From the NCBI GenBank assembly GCA_040905425.1, contig JBBDRO010000047.1, forward strand, positions 1 to 39,587: 39,587 nt of DNA. Reading direction: 5' to 3'. This DNA is from Gemmatimonadota bacterium. Its GTDB lineage: Bacteria; Gemmatimonadota; Gemmatimonadetes; Longimicrobiales; RSA9. Made by a program: the position numbers and the translations under genes. Positions 1 to 8,485 of the stretch are shown here, one piece after another. Numbering within the stretch: the stretch's first letter is position 1; the number at the start of each line of letters is the position of its first letter. The notes below the pieces were generated by a model. The model was not told the origin of the DNA. It saw only the letters and a list, made by a program, of their open reading frames with translations, and did no database searches.

Positions 1-29
1 AGCGGCCGGACCATCGACCAGCGGGACAT
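1..29 (-). CDS. 5' end of a CDS running off the left edge of the window (MSRWSMVRP...)
   Basis: Minus-strand ATG at 29 with a perfect GGAGGT Shine-Dalgarno at 39-34; too short to assign a product. Confidence 0.55.
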
Positions 30-178
30 CGTTACCTCCAGCCAGCGTGACCGCGATGCCACGGTCGCGGGCTTCCGGGCGGGGATGCCCGGGCCGCGCC
101 GGCACCTGCAGGAAAGGTGTATCGGGTGGGCGTGGCGTGCAACGGGGTGGCTTGGGGCGGTAGTTCTAGGTCGTGGTG

Positions 179-592
179 TCAGGCTGGCTGGCCCCAGTCC
201 TCGACCTCCAGCCCCGGCACCCGCCGGAACTCCCGCACGTTCACCGTGGCCAGAGTGAGGTCGTGGGCCACGGCCGCGGCGCCGAGCCAGAGGTCGTGGG
301 CACCGATCATCGAGCCGGTCGCAGCCAACCCGGCCCAGAGCTCGGCATGGAGCCGCGCCGTAGGGAGGTCGATGGGCAGCAGCGGAAACGCGTCGATCAC
401 CGCCTCCACGAACGCCGACCGCCGCGCCCGTTGCGCCCGCTCCTCGGCGCGGTGGACGCCATGAAGCAACTCGCTGACCGTGATCACGGAAAGGAAGAGT
501 CCCTCGTCCTCGCGGCCGCGCACCCGAGCATCCACATCCACACCCGCCCGCTCCCAGCCGATGAGGACGCTGGCGTCGATCAGGACTCCCAC
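179..592 (-). CDS. vapC: PIN-domain toxin (VapC family)
   Basis: 137 aa; N-terminal LIDAS, ITVSELLHG, IGAHDLWLGAAA and TVNVREF motifs typical of VapC; overlaps the upstream antitoxin. Confidence 0.93.
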   Translation of the reverse strand: MGVLIDASVLIGWERAGVDVDARVRGREDEGLFLSVITVSELLHGVHRAEERAQRARRSAFVEAVIDAFPLLPIDLPTARLHAELWAGLAATGSMIGAHDLWLGAAAVAHDLTLATVNVREFRRVPGLEVEDWGQPA

Positions 593-858
593 CGGTCCTC
601 CGGCTCCCGGGCCTCCAGCTCCGTCCGCGCCGATGCCAGATCCTCGGCGAGCGAGGACGCCTCCGTTTGATCCAGACGGGGAAGTGAGCCCAGCAGCGCC
701 GGCAGATCGCCCAGCCGCGTAGCCGTCGGCACCGGCGACAGCTCCGCCACCGGCTTCCCTCCTCGAACGATCACGAAATGCTCCCGGCGATACACTACCC
801 GGTTTACATAAGCGGAGAAGTTCCGGATGAGATCGGTGACATTAGCATGTATTCGCAT
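580..858 (-). CDS. Phd/YefM-family antitoxin
   Basis: 92 aa; NVTDLIRNFSAYVNRV...FVIVRGGKPVAELSP is a Phd/YefM N-domain pattern; acidic C-terminus; directly upstream of vapC. Confidence 0.88.
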   Translation of the reverse strand: MRIHANVTDLIRNFSAYVNRVVYRREHFVIVRGGKPVAELSPVPTATRLGDLPALLGSLPRLDQTEASSLAEDLASARTELEAREPEDRWES

Positions 859-860
859 AG

Positions 861-877
861 AATCATATTATATGATT
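861..877 (-). promoter_or_regulatory. TA operator palindrome containing the -10 box
   Basis: AATCATA-TTA-TATGATT inverted repeat; the minus strand reads TATAAT (872-867) 8 nt before the antitoxin ATG. Confidence 0.75.
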
Positions 878-978
878 TAGCGCTTGAATACCAGCGGGCT
901 GCGGTGGCAACGGGTGGGGGCGGTGCCACTGCTCACCCGTCCTGGCTGTGCCCCCGGTAATGATCAGGAGGTAATTCT

Positions 979-1128
979 GCCCAACGGCACCCCGCGGGGC
1001 GGCGATTGTGCATTTTGGCCCGCCTGGCACGCCATAATGCGCAATCCGCACCAGCCCGGAATCACCTTTGTGCGTTTTTACGTCCAGGGCGGGCCAAAGT
1101 GCACAAGCGCCGGCGCAACGGGGGCGTT
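979..1128. repeat. Long imperfect inverted repeat (about 150 bp hairpin), weakly attC/REP-like
   Basis: TTGTGCATTTTGGCCCGCCTGG (1006-1027) pairs with CCAGGGCGGGCCAAAGTGCACAA (1084-1106); pairing extends imperfectly inward and outward to GCCCAAC (979-985) and GTT (1126-1128). Confidence 0.65.
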
Positions 1129-1232
1129 TTTGCATTTTTGCACTCGCCCGGTCCCCGCACGCCCGCCGCACGGCCGCACGCACGCCCGCCGCGCCGATCC
1201 GCACACCGTCCGTCCACCCGACGAGCGCTCCC

Positions 1233-2159
1233 TCACCGCCACCCACCCACCGTATCCGGCTGCACCACGATCCACGGCGGGCTGTAGCGCTCCGTCTCCG
1301 CCAGGTGGAACACGGGGCGCCGCACGCCCGTGGCCAGGAGTTGGAGATAGCCGGCGGTGTAGAAGCGGACCTGGATCTCGCCGCGGATGCCGAACGTCTC
1401 CACGCGGTGGATGTCACCCATCGGCACGTCGGCCAGGCCCGCGATGCCGCCGGGCATTTTTTCGTCATCGAGAAAGACCGGCGGCTGCGCCACCGCCTTG
1501 ATCCCCGCAATTCCGCGTCGAGCGCCAGAGCGAGAGCCGCCGACGGACGTCCCGCCGTACACGCGGCCCATGCGTCCGAGGTCGAGGCCGTACATCATGG
1601 GCATCCGCGTGCACATCGACTCCGTGGGATCGTTGAGATTACATCGGACCACGGGCATGTGCGGACCCAACGCCAGGAACTCCAGGCCGTGGACCGCCCC
1701 TGTCTCCAGGATCTTGTCCCGGTCGAACGCCCGGTAGAAGCCCGCGCCGATCAGGATGTAGGGGTGCGCCCGTGCCCTGGCCTGCGAATTGAGGCGGTCA
1801 TTGTACGCCCGCACCGCCTCGAGTTCGACCGGCTTCGGGGCGAGCCGTATGCGCAGGGGCGTTCTCTGCGGCAGCACCGCCGCCGGAAAGGCGTCCGCGT
1901 AGCCCAATTGCCCCACCGTCAGCAAGTAGAGGCGCTCCTCGAGGCCGGTGAAGACGAACCAGCCGCCGTCGTTCGTGACGGTGTAACGGTTCAGCGCGGA
2001 GATGCGCACTAGGGTGCCGGCCAGCGGCGCGCCGGTGATGGAGTCCACCACCTGGCCCCGTAGCACGGGAGGCTCCTGCGCCTGGATCGGACTGGCCAGG
2101 GCGGCGAGCGCACTGCACAGGACGGCGGCGCGTAGCGGATACCGCGTGAGCGGGGGCAT
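1233..2159 (-). CDS. Secreted carboxypeptidase-regulatory-like domain protein with a C-terminal TonB-plug-like region and no barrel
   Basis: Signal peptide ending IQA-Q; LRGQVVDSITGAPLAGTLV...TNDGGWF...LGY Ig-like domain; PVFLDD...DIHRVETF plug-like motif; 308 aa. Confidence 0.78.
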   Translation of the reverse strand: MPPLTRYPLRAAVLCSALAALASPIQAQEPPVLRGQVVDSITGAPLAGTLVRISALNRYTVTNDGGWFVFTGLEERLYLLTVGQLGYADAFPAAVLPQRTPLRIRLAPKPVELEAVRAYNDRLNSQARARAHPYILIGAGFYRAFDRDKILETGAVHGLEFLALGPHMPVVRCNLNDPTESMCTRMPMMYGLDLGRMGRVYGGTSVGGSRSGARRGIAGIKAVAQPPVFLDDEKMPGGIAGLADVPMGDIHRVETFGIRGEIQVRFYTAGYLQLLATGVRRPVFHLAETERYSPPWIVVQPDTVGGWR

Positions 2160-2174
2160 GGTTGGATCGCCTTC

Positions 2175-2196
2175 ACCTCCAGACCGGTCTGGAGGT
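2175..2196. promoter_or_regulatory. Perfect 22-bp palindrome in the divergent intergenic region
   Basis: ACCTCCAGACCGGTCTGGAGGT is self-complementary; TTGACC on the minus strand overlaps its end. Confidence 0.55.
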
Positions 2197-2417
2197 CAAA
2201 CGTGGGCCAGGGGGATGCTGACGGCGGTGTGGCGGACGGAAGTCCGGTCGCGATCGGCTCACCAGGAGGAGGTGCACCGCCTGACGAACGGTACCATCAG
2301 CCGCGTCACCCGGTCAATGTGCTTGAAAACCAGCCGGCGGCCACGCCCCTCCCCGCTTGCGTCCCCCGCGCGCCGCCGGGTACGTTCGGAGCATCCGACC
2401 CAGAGACCCGAGGAGCC

Positions 2418-4100
2418 ATGCCGCCTGGGAAGAAACGCACCTCCGGTGGGCTGAAGCTGCGCCCCGCCCCCAAGGGCCGCCCGGTCATGAGCGAGCCGCT
2501 GGATCAGGTGCGCCGCCTGCTCGGCGCGCGCCCCCGCCGCCCCGACCTGCTGATCGAGCACCTGCACGTCCTCCAGGATGCGCTCGGCCATCTGCCCGTG
2601 GCGCACCTGAACGCGTTGGCGGCCGAAATGGGGCTGGCGCCGGCCGAGGTCTACGAGGTGGCCACCTTCTACCATCATTTCGACATCGTGGACGAGGGAG
2701 AGGCGCCGCCGCCGGCGCTCACCGTGCGCGTGTGCGAGAGCATTGCCTGTCACATGGCGGGGGCCGAGGCGCTGCACGCGGAGCTGGCCGGGCGGGAGGC
2801 GGACGGCGTGCGGGTGCTGCGGGCGCCGTGCGTGGGGCGCTGCGAGCAGGCGCCCGTGGCGGTGGTGGGCACCAACCCGGTGGACCGCGCCACGGCGGCG
2901 AAGGTGGATGAGGCGGTGCGCTCGGAGGCCACGGAGGCGGCGCTTCCGGGGGGCGTCGCTTATGAAGAGTACAGGAAGGGCGGCGGATATGAGGTCCTGC
3001 GCGCGTGCGTGACGGGCGAGCGGAGCCGCGAGGAGGTCATCGAGACGGTGCTGGCGTCCGGGCTTAAGGGGCTCGGCGGCGCGGGCTTTCCCACCGGCAA
3101 GAAATGGCAGTTCGTGCGCGCAGAGGCGGGGCCGCGGCTCATGGCGCTGAACGCCGACGAGGGCGAGCCGGGCACCTTCAAGGACCGCTTCTGCATGGAG
3201 ACGGACCCGCACCGGGTGCTGGAGGGCGTGCTCATCGCGGCGTGGGTGATCGAGGCGGATGAGGTCTTCTTCTACCTGCGTGACGAGTACGCCGCGGCGC
3301 GCGGCGTCCTGACCCGGGAGATCGAGGCGCTCTACGCGGACCCGCCGTGCGCGCTGCCGGCCTTCCAGCTGCGGCGGGGTGCGGGGGCGTACATCTGCGG
3401 GGAGGAGACGTCGCTCATCGAGTCCATCGAGGGCAAACGGGGGGAGCCGCGGCTGCGCCCGCCCTTCCCCGCGCAGGTGGGTATCTTCGGCCGGCCCACC
3501 CTGGTGCAGAACGTGGAGACGGTCTTCTGGCTGCGGGAGATCCTGGAGGACGGCGCGGAGGCCTTTGCGGCGCGCGGCAAGGAGGGCCATCCCGGCGTGC
3601 GCTACTTCTCCGTGAGCGGGCGGGTGAAGGAGCCGGGGGTGTACCTGGCGCCGAACGGCGTGACCGCGCGCGAGCTGGTGGAGATGGCGGGGGGCATGGC
3701 CGAGGGGCACACGCTCTACGGCTACCTGCCGGGCGGCGCGTCGGGCGGCATCCTGCCGGCGCGGCTGGCGGACCTGCCGCTGGACTTCGGCGTGCTGGCC
3801 GAGCACGGCTGCTTCATCGGCTCGGCGGCGGTGGTCATCCTCTCGGACCAGGACAGTGCGCGCGAGGCGGCGCACAACCTCATGCACTTCTTTGCGCACG
3901 AGAGCTGCGGCAAGTGCACGCCGTGCCGCGCGGGCACGGAAAAGGCCACGGTGCTGATGGCCGAGCAGGACTGGCGCCTGCCGCTGCTGGATGACCTCTC
4001 CGCCGCCATGGTGGATGCCTCCATCTGCGGCCTGGGGCAGGCGGCCCCGAACGCGTACGAGAGCGTGAAGCGATTCTTTCCGCAGGAGCTGGACGCATGA
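2418..4100 (+). CDS. NAD-dependent formate dehydrogenase beta (diaphorase) subunit, NuoE+NuoF-like fusion
   Basis: ATG after GAGGAG at 2418; 2Fe-2S ligands (CESIAC, CVGRC), GLGGAGFPTGKKW, NADEGEPGTFKD, GAGAYICGEE and ESCGKCTPC...ICGLG motifs. Confidence 0.92.
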   Translation: MPPGKKRTSGGLKLRPAPKGRPVMSEPLDQVRRLLGARPRRPDLLIEHLHVLQDALGHLPVAHLNALAAEMGLAPAEVYEVATFYHHFDIVDEGEAPPPALTVRVCESIACHMAGAEALHAELAGREADGVRVLRAPCVGRCEQAPVAVVGTNPVDRATAAKVDEAVRSEATEAALPGGVAYEEYRKGGGYEVLRACVTGERSREEVIETVLASGLKGLGGAGFPTGKKWQFVRAEAGPRLMALNADEGEPGTFKDRFCMETDPHRVLEGVLIAAWVIEADEVFFYLRDEYAAARGVLTREIEALYADPPCALPAFQLRRGAGAYICGEETSLIESIEGKRGEPRLRPPFPAQVGIFGRPTLVQNVETVFWLREILEDGAEAFAARGKEGHPGVRYFSVSGRVKEPGVYLAPNGVTARELVEMAGGMAEGHTLYGYLPGGASGGILPARLADLPLDFGVLAEHGCFIGSAAVVILSDQDSAREAAHNLMHFFAHESCGKCTPCRAGTEKATVLMAEQDWRLPLLDDLSAAMVDASICGLGQAAPNAYESVKRFFPQELDA

Positions 4101-7100
4101 GCGGCATCGACGGCGCCTCCAGCAGCGCGCCCCTGGAGCCGGGCACCAACCCGGTGGGTCCGCAGGGCACGGAGCCGTGGAGCGGGCTGTGGTCGGGGCA
4201 GAATCCCGACGGCGGCGCCCTGGCCGTGCCGGTGGCCACGAGCGCCCGCACCTCGCCGCGGCACGAGATCGAGCAGCGGCTGGGCTGGCCTCCCGCGAGC
4301 GGCGGAGAGCCGGTCCCCTTCGAGCTGGACGGCCAGTCGGTGACGGCCGCGCCGGGGGAGACCATCCTGGAGGCGGCGGCGCGGCACGGCGTGGCCATCC
4401 CGCACCTCTGCTACACGGAGGGGATGCGGCCGGACGGCAACTGTCGCTCGTGCGTGGTGGAGGTGGAGGGCGAGCGCGTGCTGGCGCCCTCCTGCTGCCG
4501 GCGCCCGACGGAGGGCATGAAGGTGCAGAGCGCCAGCGAGCGCGCGCTCCGCAGCCAGCGCACCGTGGTGGAGCTGCTCCTCTCCGACCACCCGGAGACG
4601 CCGCACAGCGCCGCGTCCGAGCTGGCGCACTGGGCCCGCAAGCTGAAGGTGGGCACGCCGCGCTTCCCGGCGGCCGCCATGCCCGCGCCGGACCTCTCGC
4701 ACCCCGGCATCGAGGTGCGCCTGGACGCCTGCATCAAATGTACGCGCTGCGTGCGCGCCTGCCGCGAGGTGCAGGTGAATGACGTCATCGGCTACGCCGG
4801 CCGGGGCGCGGCCGCAAAGATCGTCTTCGACTTCGACGACCCCATGGGGGAGTCCACCTGCGTGGCGTGCGGCGAGTGCGTGCGGGCGTGCCCCACGGGC
4901 GCGCTACTGCCGGCGCTGCTGCCGCTCGCGCGGGGGAACGGGGATGCGGCGGCGGGCAACGGGAAGCGCGCTGGTGAGGTGATGGGGGACGTCGCTTCAA
5001 AGAGTGCGGCGGCGGCCACCACGAACGGCAAGCCGGCCGCCGGCTGGACACCCGCGGAGGAGCTGGTGCCGTCGCTCTGTCCGTACTGCGGCGTGGGGTG
5101 CCAGACCACCTACCAGATTGCCGACAACCGTATCCTGCGGGTGAGCGGGCGGGAGGGGCCGGCCAACCTGGGGCGGCTGTGCGTGAAGGGTCGCTTCGGC
5201 TTCGACTACGTGCACCACCCGCAGCGGCTGACGAAGCCGCTCGTGCGGCGCGACGACGTGCCCAAGGACGCTACCAAGCTGGTGGACCCCGGCAACCCGC
5301 TGGAGGCCTTCCGCGAGGCCACGTGGGAGGAGGCGCTGGAGCGCGCGGCGGCCGGCCTCACGCGCATCCGGGACGAGCACGGCGGCAACGCGCTGGCCGG
5401 CTTCGGCTCGGCCAAGGGGAGCAACGAGGAGGCCTACCTCTTCCAGAAGCTGGTGCGCGTGGGCTTCGGCACCAACAACGTGGACCACTGCACGCGCCTG
5501 TGCCACGCCTCTTCGGTGGCCGCGCTCATGGAGAACCTCTCCTCGGGCGCGGTGTCCAACCCGGTGTCGGACGTCCAGTACACGGACGTCTTCATCATCA
5601 TCGGCGCCAATCCCACCGTGAACCATCCGGTGGCCGCCACGTTCATGAAGAACGCCATCGAGCGGGGCGCCAAGCTCATCCTCATTGACCCGCGGAAGAC
5701 GGAACTCGCGCGCCTGGCGGAGTACTCGCTGCAGTTCAAGCCGGACACGGACGTGGCGCTGCTGAACGCCATGATGCACGTCATCGTGGCGGAGGGGCTG
5801 GTGGACGAGGCGTTCGTGCGTGAGCGGACCAAGGGCTTCGACGAGCTGAAGCGGGTGCTGGAGCCCTACACGCCGGAAGCCATGGCGGAGGTGTGCGGCG
5901 TCCCGGCCGAGACCATCCGCGCCGCCGCGCGGCTCTATGGGTCCGCGGGCAAGGCAATGATCTTCTGGGGGATGGGCATCAGCCAGCACGTGCACGGCAC
6001 GGACAACTCCCGCTGCCTCATCAACCTGGCGCTCATGACGGGCAACGTGGGCCGGCGCGGCGTGGGGCTGCACCCGCTGCGCGGCCAGAACAACGTGCAG
6101 GGCGCCTCGGACGTGGGGCTCATCCCCATGGTCTACCCGGACTACCAGTCGGTGGCCAGCCCGAAGGCGAAGGCGTTCTTCGAGGAGCTGTGGGGCACGG
6201 AGCTGGACCCCGAGCCCGGCCTCACCGTGGTGGAGATCATGCACGCCATCAAGGCGGGGCAGATCCGCGGCATGTACATCATGGGGGAGAACCCCGCCAT
6301 GTCGGATCCCGACGTGAGCCATGCCCGCGAGGCGCTGGCCGCGCTGGACCACCTGGTGGTGCAGGACCTCTTCCTCACCGAGACGGCCAGCTTCGCGGAC
6401 GTGGTGCTGCCCGCCTCGGCCTTCCCGGAAAAGGACGGCACCTTCACGAACACGGACCGGCGCGTGCAGCTGGGCCGGAAGGCGCTGGAGATGCCGGGCG
6501 AGTGCCGCCAGGATCTGGAGCTCATCCAGGAGCTGGCCCGGCGCATGGGGCTGGACTGGGACTATGCGGGGCCCGCGGAGGTGTGGGCGGAGATCCGCCA
6601 GGCGTGCCCCTCCGTGGCCGGCATCACGTGGCAGCGCCTGGAGGAGGAGAGCGCCGTGACGTACCCGTGCCTGAAGGAGGGGGACCCCGGCCAGGAGGTC
6701 ATCTTCGTGGAGGACTTCCCCACCGCCGACGGGCGCGCCACCTTCACCCCCGCCGAGTACATGCAGGGGGACGAGCCGCCCGATGAGACCTACCCGTTCG
6801 TGCTCATCACCGGCCGCGTGCTCGAGCACTGGCACACGGGCGCCATGACGCGTCGCTCCGGCGTGCTGGACGCGCTGGAGCCCGTGCCCACGGTCACCAT
6901 CCACTCGGCCGACGCCGCCGCGCTGGGCATCGCGGACACCGAGCCCGTCACGCTGGAGACGCGACGCGGCCAGGTCACCGCCCAGGCCCGCGTGGACGAC
7001 ATGGTGGGCCGCGGCAGCGTCTTCATCCCCTTCGCCTTCGTGGAGGCGGCGGCCAACGTGCTCACCAACCCCGTGCTGGATCCCTTCGGCAAGATCCCCG

Positions 7101-7192
7101 AGTACAAGTACTGCGCGGTACGGCTGCGGCCGGCGGCGGGGGAGTTGGGAGCGCCGGGGTATGGGGTGGCGGCGGGGGTTCAGGGGGAGTGA
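4097..7192 (+). CDS. fdhF: Formate dehydrogenase alpha subunit (Mo/W-bisPGD, Cys active site, N-terminal Fe-S domains)
   Basis: IPHLC...GNCRSC, CIKCTRCVRAC, CVACGECVRACP, CPYCGVGC...LCVKG, NVDHCTRLCHAS and LRGQNNVQG motifs; ATGA overlap with the beta subunit. Confidence 0.95.
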   Translation: MSGIDGASSSAPLEPGTNPVGPQGTEPWSGLWSGQNPDGGALAVPVATSARTSPRHEIEQRLGWPPASGGEPVPFELDGQSVTAAPGETILEAAARHGVAIPHLCYTEGMRPDGNCRSCVVEVEGERVLAPSCCRRPTEGMKVQSASERALRSQRTVVELLLSDHPETPHSAASELAHWARKLKVGTPRFPAAAMPAPDLSHPGIEVRLDACIKCTRCVRACREVQVNDVIGYAGRGAAAKIVFDFDDPMGESTCVACGECVRACPTGALLPALLPLARGNGDAAAGNGKRAGEVMGDVASKSAAAATTNGKPAAGWTPAEELVPSLCPYCGVGCQTTYQIADNRILRVSGREGPANLGRLCVKGRFGFDYVHHPQRLTKPLVRRDDVPKDATKLVDPGNPLEAFREATWEEALERAAAGLTRIRDEHGGNALAGFGSAKGSNEEAYLFQKLVRVGFGTNNVDHCTRLCHASSVAALMENLSSGAVSNPVSDVQYTDVFIIIGANPTVNHPVAATFMKNAIERGAKLILIDPRKTELARLAEYSLQFKPDTDVALLNAMMHVIVAEGLVDEAFVRERTKGFDELKRVLEPYTPEAMAEVCGVPAETIRAAARLYGSAGKAMIFWGMGISQHVHGTDNSRCLINLALMTGNVGRRGVGLHPLRGQNNVQGASDVGLIPMVYPDYQSVASPKAKAFFEELWGTELDPEPGLTVVEIMHAIKAGQIRGMYIMGENPAMSDPDVSHAREALAALDHLVVQDLFLTETASFADVVLPASAFPEKDGTFTNTDRRVQLGRKALEMPGECRQDLELIQELARRMGLDWDYAGPAEVWAEIRQACPSVAGITWQRLEEESAVTYPCLKEGDPGQEVIFVEDFPTADGRATFTPAEYMQGDEPPDETYPFVLITGRVLEHWHTGAMTRRSGVLDALEPVPTVTIHSADAAALGIADTEPVTLETRRGQVTAQARVDDMVGRGSVFIPFAFVEAAANVLTNPVLDPFGKIPEYKYCAVRLRPAAGELGAPGYGVAAGVQGE

Positions 7193-7419
7193 TTTAAGCG
7201 ACGTCGCCGGGCTGGCTTGCCGGCGGAGGCCGATCGTTCGTTGCGGGGGCAAAGTGTAGGCTTCCCGGCGGGAGGGTGAGCTCCGGCGCGCAGCCTCCAT
7301 TCTCGAACAACGTTGCGCTGGATCGGTGCCCTGCACTATACCTTGGGAGCCATCGACTCTGCCCGCCATGGTGACGCCGCCTCCGCCTGCCTACGCCTGC
7401 GCCACCAACCGAGGTGAAC

Positions 7420-8088
7420 ATGGCCAACTCGCAGCCTGAATCAACCTTCCCGAGGCGTTCTCGCCGCACTGCCCCGGCCGCCAAACGTAGGACCGGCCAG
7501 ACATCGAAGCCGTCCGAGGCCGCGCGAAACGATCCGCAGCTCGGTGGCCGCGGGCGTCTACCCAACCCGGAAATCGAGCGCCTGGCCGTGGAAGCGAGAC
7601 CAAAGATGCTTGGCCTAGCAACGCGCCTCCTGCGCGACAGCCCCGCGGGCCAGTCCGTTGAGCCCGATGACCTCGTGCAGAAGGCGCTGGTGAAGGTCGT
7701 CGCCGGAGATCTGCCTCTACGGGACGTACCGTTATCCCGACGGGTGCGGAGGTTACTCACCGCCGTCGCGTTCGAGTTCCTGCACCTGCAGCGCGATACG
7801 GCGCGACACAGGGAACTCCTGCAGGAGAACCCGCCCGCTCGCCCGGTGCAGGTCCTCCCGGAAAAGGCCACCGAGCGTAGCGACCTCAGAGCGCGGATAG
7901 ATACGGCACTCGATGAGCTGCCCCCACGCCAGTGCGAGATCGCCCGGAAGTACTTCCTGGATTCGTCCCCCACCGCCGAGATCGCCGACGATCTCGGAGT
8001 AGCTAACTCGACCGTCAAGAACACGATCAGGACGGTACGAAGAAAGCTGCGGCAGGCGCTCGTGGGCATCCGGAAGGATCTCGAGTAG
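7420..8088 (+). CDS. ECF (group 4) sigma-70 factor
   Basis: Region 2-like EPDDLVQKALVKV and region 4 LDELPPRQ...AEIADDLGVANSTVKNTIRTVRRKLR; GAGGTG precedes ATG 7420; basic disordered N-terminal extension. Confidence 0.85.
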   Translation: MANSQPESTFPRRSRRTAPAAKRRTGQTSKPSEAARNDPQLGGRGRLPNPEIERLAVEARPKMLGLATRLLRDSPAGQSVEPDDLVQKALVKVVAGDLPLRDVPLSRRVRRLLTAVAFEFLHLQRDTARHRELLQENPPARPVQVLPEKATERSDLRARIDTALDELPPRQCEIARKYFLDSSPTAEIADDLGVANSTVKNTIRTVRRKLRQALVGIRKDLE

Positions 8089-8158
8089 TCCGATTGCGGG
8101 CTGCTGAGGTATTACTGTATGGCAGTAGGTCTTGAGCCAATTCGACACGGAGGTGCAT

Positions 8159-8485
8159 GTGTTTGCTTGTGAGCCGAGGGCCCTCATCCGCGTTACCGCT
8201 GGTTTCGTATGGGCGTTGGTCCTCATCGGTCTTACCGTGACGGCGTTGGCGCTGAGTCCGACCGGCGTCCAAGGTTTCGGCGGCTGCACCGCTCAGGAGG
8301 AACCTTATGGTTGTGCCTCGATTTACGGAGTGATGGATGATGCCCTATGCGGGGGCGGGCCGACCGCAAACTGCACAAACTGCCTGAAAGATCCGGCCAG
8401 CTTTTGCGCCCCCGACAACGAGGAGGTCGGATGCCAGGTCGAGAATTGCGTGCTCGATGGATACGAGCACCAGAGCAGTGGATAA
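8159..8485 (+). CDS. Small secreted cysteine-rich protein (8 Cys in the predicted mature part)
   Basis: GGAGGT at 8149-8154 then in-frame GTG 8159; hydrophobic signal (FVWALVLIGLTVTALAL...VQG) followed by an acidic, about 70-aa domain with 8 Cys. Confidence 0.75.
   Translation: MFACEPRALIRVTAGFVWALVLIGLTVTALALSPTGVQGFGGCTAQEEPYGCASIYGVMDDALCGGGPTANCTNCLKDPASFCAPDNEEVGCQVENCVLDGYEHQSSG

Noticed and set aside
849..878. dif-like sequence TATTCGCATAG-AATCATA-TTATATGATTT
   Set aside because: The spacer is 7 bp, the XerD arm is poor, and the match is explained by the antitoxin start codons plus its operator.
2223..2281. Cloverleaf as a tRNA gene
   Set aside because: Only 59 nt, with no T-loop GTTC consensus, no 7-nt anticodon loop in position and no CCA.
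4097..7192. Selenocysteine FDH
   Set aside because: The active-site codon is Cys (RLCH) and there is no in-frame TGA.
4997..7369. 790-aa antisense ORF, and similar long shadows at 2259-3899, 24408-26198, 30580-32064, 31919-33457 and 37817-39577
   Set aside because: These are antisense shadows of well-supported high-GC genes with no recognisable motifs.
8159..8485. Lanthipeptide, ranthipeptide or sactipeptide precursor
   Set aside because: It has a Sec-type hydrophobic signal, and no LanM/LanBC, radical SAM, YcaO or peptidase-ABC gene is nearby; disulfides fit better given the adjacent DsbA.
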